A stretch of 63,480 nt of DNA, the filler included, from Octopus bimaculoides (lineage: Eukaryota): assembly GCF_001194135.2 (NCBI RefSeq). It is 5 parts of 4 records of this genome, joined end to end, with 100 filler letters (N's around TTAATTAATTAA, not from the genome) between each part and the next. Parts side by side here need not be neighbours in the genome. Positions count along the whole stretch, not along the records: positions 40,688 to 57,773 come from NC_068981.1; positions 57,874 to 61,050 come from NC_068987.1; positions 61,151 to 63,480 come from NW_026311168.1; 2 more parts are not named here. One strand, given 5' to 3'. Every line of letters starts with the position of its first letter. Positions within the stretch are counted from its first letter, which is position 1. The notes beneath the pieces are model-generated. The model saw only the letters and a program-made list of their open reading frames with translations. It had not been told where the DNA came from and searched no databases. The position numbers and the translations under genes are program-made. This document shows positions 52,421 through 63,480 of the stretch, piece after piece.

Positions 52421-52676
52421 ACCTTTCAAGTGTAACTGTCCGAAATGGTCGTGTCTTCTGGGACTTGACTCAAAGAAGAAAGCCAAGAATGACCCACCAT
52501 TTTTTGCCTGTCCTTCTAATTGTTGTTTCTCTTGTCCACCTTTGTATGGTCTATCTGTCCGAACGTTTTAATGTCCTCTATTGCGTTTTCGTTCCATTGT
52601 TATATATATATATGTGTGTGTGTGTATGTGTGTGTGTACGTGTGTGTGTGTGTGTGCGTGTGCCTATACATATATG

Positions 52677-52775
<99 letters not shown>

Positions 52776-53504
52776 AGATATATATATACATATGAATGTA
52801 TATATATATGTATATATATATATATGTATATTTACATATATATATATATGAGTGTTCATATATATTTATGCATAGATATTATTGACATTTATTCAGTGAT
52901 AATTTAGCAACAGTGCTGTGTGATGCGGCTGTGTATAAGTGCGATTTTGTCAGTGTTAGTGTATACGCACCGACGTATCTGTCTACATGTTTTGGTATTT
53001 ATCTTCTGTATCAATATGGCGAGTGTGAGGCGTAACCGCTAAAAAGAAAAAAAAAGAAAAAAAAGTCAAAATACCAATTCTGGCAGAAAGAAGCATCCCA
53101 GTGTAAGTATTCTTTGTAGGTGATGTCACTCCGAACAAGACAGTCAATATTTGGGGTACCTTGGGAAAACAGCATCGAAATTCAGTGTTAATTCAACAAG
53201 CTGTGCACTGTTTTCTTTGTCACTTCTCGCCAATAAGCAAATATTTGCTGCATCATGAAAAAAAAAAAAAGTAAGGAAAATGATAAAAAATTAAAAAAAA
53301 ACACAAATACATTTCTTTCACAATTCAATATATGTATCTTTACTTATTTGCAAATCTCTGATATTTGCACACACGCATCCTCCTGCGCATAAACGCATAA
53401 CATAATACGACACCCTTTATAATATAATGTAAAATATTATGAACATAACATAACTACACACACACATATGCATACATATACACATATATTCTGTTAATCT
53501 TCTA

Positions 53505-53714
53505 TTCTTTTATTTGTTTCAATCATTTTGACTGCAGCCATGTCGGAGCACCGCCTTAAATGGTGTAATTCGAAGAAACCGACCCCAGGACTTATTATTT
53601 GTAAGCCTAGTACTAATTCTCTTTTGCGGTGTCTTTTGCCGAACTGCTAAGTTATGGGGACATTGATTTTCAAGCAATGTTGGGGGGGGGACAAACATAG
53701 CCACACATACACAA

Positions 53715-53751
<37 letters not shown>

Positions 53752-53965
53752 NNNNNNNNNNNNNNNNNNNNNNNNNNNNNNNNNNNNNNNNNNNNNNNNN
53801 NNNNNNNNNNNNNNNNNNNNNNNNNNNNNNNNNNNNNNNNNNTAAACAAATATATGTATATATATATATAAACATATATATATATATATATAAACATATA
53901 TATATATATATATACGACGGGCTTCATCCAGTTTCCGCCTACCAAATCCACTCACGAGGCTTTAG
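53505..53965 (-). mobile_element. SINE spanning a small gap
   Basis: Reverse complement of the 48220-48640 family. Confidence 0.8.
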
Positions 53966-56559
53966 TGAAAAGGGATTACTGACATCGCTTGTCAAGAGTA
54001 CAGGTGACAGTGAGATCGGTAATGTTTGTTGTGCACTCTGCTTTCATTATTTGATTGCTGTTATACAGTAGTAACCCGGGCTAATACGTACGAGCCTAGT
54101 AAGTTGGAAAGGACTGACATCTCTTATCAATAGCACAGGCGACAGTCAGATCGCTGATGTTTAATGTGCACCTCGCTTTCAGTATTTGATTAATGTTATT
54201 CTGTGCGTCTATGAGTGGAGATTAGTTGTGTTTTGCATGGTTGCCTTATTTTTACCCTCAAATTAGAAATGAAGAAAGACATAGTGTTAGATATAAAAAA
54301 AAAAGAAGCCATTTGGGGCTAGAAATATTGCAGAAAAACTTGAAGCATTCTTTCGTTAGAAGCAGCAACCTAAACATGGAATCATGGGAAACAAACTTTT
54401 TACCACACAGCCACCCTTGCGCCTATAGCTATGCTCTATTTTTATTAATTTTCAATATATAACCTTTTATATACTCTAAATAATATGAAATTTTATTGAT
54501 TTTTATTCTGAAATTTCACATTTATTTATTTATTTAGTCTTACACATTGACTTTAGATTTATTAAATCACTTATTTAGATTTATTTTATTAATTACCCTC
54601 TTATTCACATACTGACTTTGCAACAATGTTTATTGAATATTGATTCATTTGTTCATTACCTATATTATGAAACATTAATTCCTTGGAGAAGTTTTTAAAC
54701 TTTTTTTCTAATTTTCTAAATTTCAAATAACTTACAGCTCTTCAACCCAAATTTAAATAATTGCTAAATAATATTTTTCTGCATTATTTCTTTCTGATTT
54801 AATTTCGGTGTTCTGTATTCTCATATATTTACTGACTTTAAATATATACATATATACTAGAAACTGATTCACATGATGTTTTTATACATTACATTCCCAT
54901 ACCCAACCAATTTATATGCAAAAATACAACGTTCTGCGTGTCTATATATTTCGATCGTTATAGCATTTAATTTCATCATATTACGTTATGTATGATTGTT
55001 TTTGAAGCACTGGTGAGCACTGCGTGTGCATTCATGCGTTTATGTATATGTGTATGCATTTACACACGACATCATCAATGTACATAAGTAAATGGACAAT
55101 GCGCACGCATTTACGTCTCTACATATATGCATATTCATGTACGTACTTGCTTAAGCACATATACTAGACAGAGTATACGATCTTAAGGGTGCATATGAAT
55201 ATGTATGTCTACAGTTTAAGTGATTTCCTGACATTAAAAATATTATTTCTAATATCAGGCAATTATATTTCACATTAAATAAATACATAATATATATATT
55301 GAATTATACATACATTCCACCAGTGTATTCAATAGAGACGAACATTATATAATACAGGGGTGTTATTAATAGAGCATAATATTTTAATATTTTAAAAATG
55401 GAAAAGATAACTCTAAAGCGTGGAATTCGTTTGCTTTACCACGAAATCAGTGGTAGCAACCGAAAGAAGTTTGGAAAAAAGAAGCACAGTTGTCTACATA
55501 AATTGTTACTAAAACCTATAGTGCATTTCAGGTACACTAATTTCATACTTTTAAATATGAATTAAAATTGAAAAACAAAGAAAGAATAAGATCTCTTTTG
55601 TTTAGCTTGGTACCCGAACACAAGTATTCATGTTCCGAACATATGAACCTTAGAATATGGTCCTCTTATACCGGCAGCGAATCGACTTTCGTCGAAGCAA
55701 GATATTGTTTCAAATTACTGATGAGATTCCTGACGAAAGGAATTGAGATCTAAAGACATTTCTAAGTCATTCAAGTACTAAATTTATGCCTGTGTGTATG
55801 TACGTGCGCGTGTGTTTGTGTGTGTGACAGATAGACAGAAACAGTGACAGAGAGACAGAGAGACAGAGAGAGCGTTTACTCTCCCATATATTACTCAAAA
55901 AAGCTTTAAGGATTACATATTTCTGAAAGATGTTTGACATGTTAATACAACAGTCGATTAAGTAATGCTGCGTTCGTGTAATAAAGTTTCTTTATCTTAT
56001 TTTTCCTTCATATGCTTGCTACTGTCCCACTAAGCTTTACTTTATTCCAAACATTCGTTGTAAAATGATACTTAAACTTAAATGAACAATTTTTCAAAGC
56101 TGTATATATTATTCTCTCTCTCTCTCCCTCTCTCTACCTTACAGTATCTCTCTTACACTCATCTCTCTCACATACACATTCTGGATTCTTAGTCATACCT
56201 TAATCATACCATTTGCCTTAGTTATTTTTCTGTATATTCCACAAATTCATTATCGGTTACACACGTCATGCTTAAGTTTATATATATCGTTTACTTAAAT
56301 AGAATTTTGTGATAATCATTTGTAAATGAATGGAAGCGTAACAATCTTGTAACCATTAAGGTTTTTTTTTTCTTTTAGCAAAGAAGTAAATCATTGCCCA
56401 TAACGGTTTACAGGGTCTCCAACGGTAGGCGTCTGGGAGGGAGGAAGGCATCCGATAACTAGTTCGAATGCTTGTAAGAGGTTACACTCCGCTAAAGGCA
56501 CTCAAGTTCCCAGAGCGGGGTGATGAAACAGACGACAGATTAAATCAATTACCCAAGAG

Positions 56560-56790
56560 GTTTTGGTTGGGATTTGAACTCAGATCGTAAAGAGTCGAAA
56601 CGAACATTACAAGATATTATTCCAGTCCTACCTTCCTTCATTTCTGCTTTTGGTCTGATATTTAAATCCGAAAGGATGAAAGGTAAAGATAGCTTCAGCA
56701 GTATTTGAACTCATAGGTGAAAAAGTTGGAATAAATACCACAAAGCATCCTTTCCGACGCTCTAACACCTCTTCCATTTCGCCGCTTATG
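56560..56790 (-). mobile_element. Two old tRNA-derived SINE fragments
   Basis: atttgaactca B-box-like motifs and ccgaaaggatgaaagg shared with 8945-9139. Confidence 0.5.
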
Positions 56791-57049
56791 CATACATGGA
56801 AGCCTCAAAGTGAATAGAATCGAGGATTCCAAAAAATATATACACAGTCTTCGGCCTTAATTTATTTATTTAATCTTCTCTTGCACTTATTCGACTATGC
56901 GTTAAACTACACATCCACTCATACATCCATGTAAATAGGCACATTAAATGCTCGTAATTATATAGGCTGCCAGCTTGAAACTTCGAAGTCTCTGTAGAGG
57001 ATTAAAAATTATTGATTGACTTTTAAGTTTACTGTCAGATATTTCAAGC

Positions 57050-57415
57050 AACTCATTATGAAAGTGGAAGCACTCCAGAGGACAAAAACAAGAAGGATAG
57101 ACGGCATGAGAGGCATTGACTATTGGGGTCGACTGCAAAAACTCAATCTCTACTATTTCCAACGCCGCCGGGAGTGCTACATCATTTGTGTGATGTGGAA
57201 AATATTCTATCCATATTGCACAAATGATATTGGCAACAATTTTAAAATCCATCCAAGACTTGGGCCCCGTGCTATCCACCCACTACAAAGATCGAACTTA
57301 GGACACATAGCAACATTACGTCACAAATACTTTACCTCAACCGGTCCAGCTCTCTTTAATACCATACCAAAATACATCAAAACAGAAACAGATCCCATGA
57401 AATTCAAAACAGATG
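57050..57415 (+). mobile_element. CR1/L2-group LINE 3' fragment
   Basis: VEALQRTKTRRIDGMRGIDYWGRLQKLNLYYFQRRRECY...GPALFNTIPKYI. Confidence 0.8.
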
Positions 57416-57431
57416 TACAGATGTACAGATG

Positions 57432-57600
57432 TACGCTCGGGAAGTGAAAAAGTATTCAGCGTTTCGAGCCACAGAAAGGAACACAGAAAGAAACAAGGAG
57501 AGAAAATAAAGAATGTGTAGTGGCTAGCGATCTATCATGGCGAATGCCGGACAGATGGGTCACACAGAAGAACTAGGAAGAAGGGTAGATAATAAAGTAG
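57432..57600 (-). mobile_element. Penelope-pLTR-like unit (homolog of 52181-52350, stem II deleted)
   Basis: Reverse complement aligns with 52181-52347. Confidence 0.55.
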
Positions 57601-57688
57601 AGGTGATCCCAAAACGGAGGTGCGCGTGCGTGTGTATAAGAGAGTATTATGTGCGTGTGGAAGGGGTCTCGTGACCTTGACACGTGCG

Positions 57689-57719
<31 letters not shown>

Positions 57720-57873
57720 TGTTGTACTTGGGGATGGTCATATTGCCAGTTTAGCCAATAAAAACACACGCACNNNNNNNNNNNNNNNNNNNNNNNNNNN
57801 NNNNNNNNNNNNNNNNNTTAATTAATTAANNNNNNNNNNNNNNNNNNNNNNNNNNNNNNNNNNNNNNNNNNNN

Positions 57874-57947
<74 letters not shown>

Positions 57948-58376
57948 ATCCCTCTCGAGTGTTATTGGTAACATGCAACCCAGTACAACCTGTTACATGG
58001 TCGGGTTGTCGACGACTAAGCCGGCAACCTTACCAAGTTTACTTAATGAAGAGAGTGATTATTGGACATTCTATGAGATGAAAAACAAGACCCGTCAAAA
58101 GGCAGAGGAACTTATGAAAGTGAATGACCATCCAAATGAGGTTTGCTGTTCGTCAGTCTCATAGCATATTTACACCAACTGTTGCTTTACTATCAGCCAT
58201 ATTAGAAAGTGTAAACAGTCCCACATAAGCCATTATCACTGTAAAAAAAAGTCACTTGTGTAGGTTGACCGAGGCATTTGCTTACTTACTCTACTTTTTA
58301 TCAAGATCATCTTGGAAAAAGAAAAGAACAAGAGGAAAAAGTAAAATTGAATACAATGAGAGATTCCATCATACAC

Positions 58377-58426
<50 letters not shown>

Positions 58427-58848
58427 ACACATACACACACATACATACATGCATATATATATATATTGTTGTTGTTGTTGTTATGTTAAACTGTCGTTTC
58501 TCCATATTTGGCCAAATGCATTTTTTTGCAATACATATTTAATTTTGCTTGCAATAGCCGGTTCTTTTGGTCAAACTATCATATCTCCGGCTGCTTCAGA
58601 TGCCAAGATATGAAAATTGTACAATGGTTTAGCATTTTAAAAAAGCCTAGTAAGTCCCACATTGCAAAAATATTTCTGGCTGAAAATATCATACATGAAT
58701 GGAGTTTCGATTTTATCCACCCCATAAAGTATTATTCTTAAGCTGAAACTGTTGCTAATGTAAAAAGAAATGGAATGGCGAAGCTTACGTTTTTGTTATC
58801 TGAAAAAGCAACGTTTTGCACTTATGACACTTTTGCATAATAGCAACG

Positions 58849-58886
<38 letters not shown>

Positions 58887-59562
58887 TATATTTAATCATA
58901 CCAATTCTTCCGCTGAAGGAGGAGCTGGTTCCTAACAAAGATGCAAAACTCCATCGTTGGAATGAAGATGACGAAAGCAATCTCACATTTTAAACCTGAG
59001 AAAAGTCCTGTATAGTTTTACTTGTTCCACTTACAAATTCTATTTGTAATTTGCGAATCAACTGGCTGGTTTCTTTTTCTGAAAATCCAATCTTATCCAG
59101 ACTGGTAGTTAGGCATTTACTTACAAACCCAAGTGCTCCAATTTTATTGGTATAAATGTAAATTTGTAACCCGGATATAGAAGTTAGAGGTTTCGAAGCA
59201 ATTGTCCATAATTATCTTCTTTCTCTTTGATTTTCGTATGAATGTATATATTATTGCTTTGAAAGATGTATGTATTGTTTTTTACGCTGCGACTGCGGGT
59301 GTACAATGTTCTCTGGCGAGTTACAGACAAGCTAGGCTTCCTATTGTAATTTGCCTGAAGACAATGCGTTTCCTCAAGCGAAAGTCAGAGTAGCAAGACA
59401 TTGTTTCTAACAAAAGAAAATATTATTAATCTCAAGTAATGAGTACTCTCTTCAATCAACACTACACGTATGTGTGTGTGGGCACGCGTGCACGTGTTAA
59501 TGTGTGTACGTGTGTGCGCACGTGCGCATATATGTGTGTATGTGTGTGTGCATGTGTGTGTA

Positions 59563-59606
<44 letters not shown>

Positions 59607-60032
59607 TGCGCGCGCGCGCGTGCATACGTGGTTGGGTACCGTCGTATGTTGTATCGTCGAATCGTTATTGTGTTACAACTTATCCTGCCGCGCTGTGCAA
59701 TTATAGAAAGACTTTATTCGTTTTCATTTTCCCCACCATCTTGTAAATTATGTCTGATTTATTTTATCAGTTCATATCTCATTTTCTTTTTTTCTTTTTG
59801 CCTGTTTAAACATTCCACGCATAGTACACACACTCAGGTGTGTGTGTGTGTGTGTGTATGTGAGTGTGTATTCATGTATATGTGTATGTATGCATGTTTG
59901 TACGTACGTACGTATACACGCATACATAAATAAGTGTTTGTGTGTGTGTGTATATATATATGCAATAATTACCCTAGTATAGGAAGATTGTAGTAAAGTA
60001 AGACAGAATCAAATTCTAATGTATGTGTGTGA

Positions 60033-60072
<40 letters not shown>

Positions 60073-60750
60073 ATGTGTGTGTGTGTGTGCGTGCGTGTTG
60101 ATTTTTTTTTTTTGTTTCATTAAATACTACCAATTTTGAAAAAGTATGTTGGCTGTCATAATTTTCATTCTTCAGGTTAACATAGTTGATCACTTGTTCA
60201 TATACTACATCCTGTCACGTATCAACAATTGACCGAACAATTTATCAAAAGAGTGCGTGAGCTAAATCAAATATTTATCTTGTTATACACAAAGGAAGAC
60301 ATAAGCTTTTTGTTAGAATGATAACTTTGACATTGGATATGATTTAGGACTTTCAAATATCTATCTAGAATTATCAAAAGCACGGTCGAGTAGTTCTTTA
60401 ATCCTTGTACGATCAACAACATACTGCGAACTATGGAAACAGTACAACTTATCAGAACATAGAGTAATTTAAGGTTTAGGAACGTAAGACAAAAATTACC
60501 AGAGTCGTTCAAAATGAGCGCAGTTCCAATACTGAACTGAGATGGTGAGCTCTAAACGACCGAGAACTTTGAATAATTTCGCCTTTCAAGTAGATGATGT
60601 TGATTAACATGATGATTTACACGATAGAACATAGTAACTCTTTTCCTTCAAGTAATACCCATAGCACAACATTGCGTCAGTCAGCAATCAACATCTATTG
60701 AGATGAGTAAAAGTTCTGCACCAGTATTACTATATTCCCAATTTTCCCAA

Positions 60751-61050
60751 AGCAGTCGTTCGACATAAGCCCACAGCTCCGAAATGGTTGGACACTGCAC
60801 GAGTGCGTGCAGAACGGTTTCATCGCTCTGACCGCATCTCGGGCAGGTCGGCCCCGCATTTCGCGAGCCGTGTCTATAGAGCTTATCCCGAACGGGTAGC
60901 GCCTCTCGGTAACACTGCCAGGCCAGGGATCTCTGGAAGTTGTCCATAGGTCCCGGCCCGAAAGTCGTCCTGAACAGGCGGGTCAGGTATTCCTCGTCGA
61001 CGCCCAGGTTCGCCCCGAGATCGTCGTCGTACCTGCCCTCCACTAATCCC
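60751..61050 (-). mobile_element. L1/Tx1-clade retrotransposon C-terminal zinc-binding (zf-RVT) region
   Basis: LAWQCYREALPVRDKLYRHG...CPRCGQSDETVLHALVQCP...LWAYV (CxxC-x8-H-x4-C); open frame, GC-rich, abuts gap. Confidence 0.85.
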
Positions 61051-61150
61051 NNNNNNNNNNNNNNNNNNNNNNNNNNNNNNNNNNNNNNNNNNNNTTAATT
61101 AATTAANNNNNNNNNNNNNNNNNNNNNNNNNNNNNNNNNNNNNNNNNNNN

Positions 61151-61191
<41 letters not shown>

Positions 61192-61818
61192 GTATATATA
61201 TTTACCTATATACATACAGCCATATATATATATATATATAAATCCTTATATAATCTATATATATATAAGTACATATATACACGTGTGCGTATGTGTATAC
61301 GGAGAGAAAAAGAGAGAGAGAGAGAGATACACGCGTATATTATTAACACCTATATAAACACATATATACAACCACATATGTGTATGTATGCACTTCCCCT
61401 CACACACACGCACGCGATCATACACACACGAACTAACACACACACACACACACGCAGAAATTTAGATAAATATTGTCGATTTGAAAATGTATCCGTGTGT
61501 GCGCGTGTCCATGTGCCAGAGTATGTGACTGTGTGTGTGTGTGTGTGTGTGTGTGTACACGTGCATGTGACTATATTAAATGTTTATATCGTGTATATCC
61601 CTCCGTTCCATATCTTGTGTCGTTCGTATCGATTTTATATTCGTCGTTCCTTCGGATCGATAGGCCATAATATACGTAACACACACACACACACACACAA
61701 TTACGGCTCCTTATTTATCGAGTTCCCATCTTGTTGTAACCAACCTGTATTTTTTTAACTGTGTTTGAGTGACTAAATGAAATACCAGTTACACAGTGGG
61801 GTCCGATTTAATGAATTA

Positions 61819-62560
61819 CAAGGAGGGACTGAAAAGTTCCTGGCTTTAAGGGAATCGCGAAAGGCCTGGTGCGATGCCCTAATCTTCCGAGTTTTTACAG
61901 GGTTTAGAAAAACTGAAGGACCTCCGCAATTAGTGTGTGAATGAGGGGAGAACATGTTNNNNNNNNNNNNNNNNNNNNNNNNNNNNNNNNNNNNNNNNNN
62001 NNNNNNNNNNNNNNNNNNNNNNNNNNNNNNNNNNNNNNNNNNNNNNNNNNNNNNNNNNNNNNNNNNNNNNNNNNNNNNNNNNNNNNNNNNNNNNNNNNNN
62101 NNNNNNNNNNNNNNNNNNNNNNNNNNNNNNNNNNNNNNNNNNNNNNNNNNNNNNNNNNNNNNNNNNNNNNNNNNNNNNNNNNNNNNNNNNNNNNNNNNNN
62201 NNNNNNNNNNNNNNNNNNNNNNNNNNNNNNNNNNNNNNNNNNNNNNNNNNNNNNNNNNNNNNNNNNNNNNNNNNNNNNNNNNNNNNNNNNNNNNNNNNNN
62301 NNNNNNNNNNNNNNNNNNNNNNNNNNNNNNNNNNNNNNNNNNNNNNNNNNNNNNNNNNNNNNNNNNNNNNNNNNNNNNNNNNNNNNNNNNNNNNNNNNNN
62401 NNNNNNNNNNNNNNNNNNNNNNNNNNNNNNNNNNNNNNNNNNNCGAGTTGGTGCTGAACAGAATCTGGCTTTAAGGGTATCGCCAAAAGGCCTGGCTGGA
62501 GGCCCAACCTGATGAGTTCTTTTACAGGGCTTAGAAAAACTGAAGGACCACTGCAATAAG
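61819..62560 (+). mobile_element. Two copies of the mariner-derived MITE on either side of a gap (61819-61958, 62454-62560)
   Basis: caaggagggactgaaaagttcctggctttaaggg ... gcttagaaaaactgaaggacc; same family as 30606-31207. Confidence 0.75.
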
Positions 62561-63159
62561 TTAAATCTTGGATCTGTATTCGGGCCCACAGCAGGACCGC
62601 CAGGTCCGGAGATTTCTTCCAGCATCCAATATCCGCGCTCGCCGTTAAAAGTACGGAAAGCGGAAATCGACTGCGCTAGTTTTTATTTTTATTTTTATTT
62701 TATTTATTATTTTTTTTTGCTATCGAGATCGCAATACGTTAATGCAATTTACACATTCTGTCAGTGACCATCTATCCATTCAGCCTCTCTTTATCAGGCA
62801 TGGATGTAAACAAACTATTACCGGTTGACAAAGGTGTGTGGAAGAAAGGAAACACGATCCCCCAAAACACACACACACACGTAAACATATACATGCAACA
62901 CATATATAACACATATGCATGTCTTCACAGACAGACAGACAGACAGACAGACAGGCAGGCAGGCAGGCAGACAGACGCAGCCATGATAAAAAAAGATAAG
63001 AAGCTGAGACAGAACTACAATATACAATGTTTTACTAGTTTAACTCGAAAAGCTTAGAATGCGATTTGAGGAAGAGCTTGCTGCTATTTCTAGCACGTGG
63101 GACGACATTATACAGACTCCAGATGCCTACAGATGTTTCAATGAAACAGTATCTTCTTT

Positions 63160-63450
63160 TTGTCATCATCTTCGAACTCGCTTCGGTCGTCGGACTGCGG
63201 TCATGTTGGGGCACTCTCTTTCAGCGGTTTACTTGCTTACTTTTTGAAAGTTCTTCGGTATTCGTTCTATCCGGTGGGGGGTGGAGGCCCTTCGTTGAAT
63301 CGCTAAGTTACCGGGATGCAAACGCACCAACACCGTTTGCAGAGGCGGGAGTGGAACAAAAAACGAACAGAAAGACATACATATGTGTGTGTGTGTGTGG
63401 TGCTCCAGCATGGCCGCAGTCAAATAACTGAAACAAGTAAAACAATAAAA
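63160..63450. mobile_element. Opposed SINE fragments
   Basis: Minus-strand tail remnant at 63160-63230 and plus-strand tail ggtgctccagcatggccgcagtcaaataactgaaacaagtaaaa at 63398-63440. Confidence 0.55.
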
Positions 63451-63480
63451 GTATATATATATATATATATTATTTAATAT

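Noticed and set aside
63059-63247. 62-aa ORF MRFEEELAAISSTW...
   Set aside because: 3' half overlaps a minus-strand SINE tail; no domain recognised.

Overview
AT-rich, repeat-dense eukaryotic (animal) genomic scaffold with many N gaps, (TA)n/(CA)n microsatellites and tRNA-derived SINEs. The SINE families and the style of the zinc-finger gene point to an octopus-type cephalopod (inference, no database search run). Two host-gene pieces are supported: one internal exon of a peptidoglycan recognition protein (PGRP, 30365-30478, +) and a tandem C2H2 zinc-finger gene (39226 to at least 40587, +, 14 complete fingers, cut off by a gap). Almost everything else recognisable is decayed mobile DNA: Penelope-like elements, R4/Dong-like RLE retroelements, CR1/L2, RTE and Tx1/L1 LINE fragments, Tc1/mariner (mariner, maT-like, MITEs), a Helitron helicase fragment, a TIR/TSD-bounded hAT element and a probable solo LTR. 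The most notable structures are: (i) a ~2.8 kb head-to-head Penelope palindrome whose arms share the same inactivating lesions; (ii) a cluster of hammerhead-ribozyme-like motifs plus a perfect 30-bp hairpin at 16.9-18.5 kb (retrozyme-like); (iii) a mariner MITE that has captured ~400 bp of a neighbouring maT transposon, the two copies flanking the PGRP exon; (iv) a PGRP exon with mixed Lys-/DAP-type specificity residues; (v) three-level nesting of SINE in hAT in Penelope. I cannot demonstrate a new biological system from sequence alone; these are candidates. Assembly artefacts are also present (Illumina adapter remnant, TTAATTAATTAA gap spacers, overlap duplicated across a gap). All homology calls are by-eye motif recognition and TE boundaries are approximate unless TIR/TSD are quoted.
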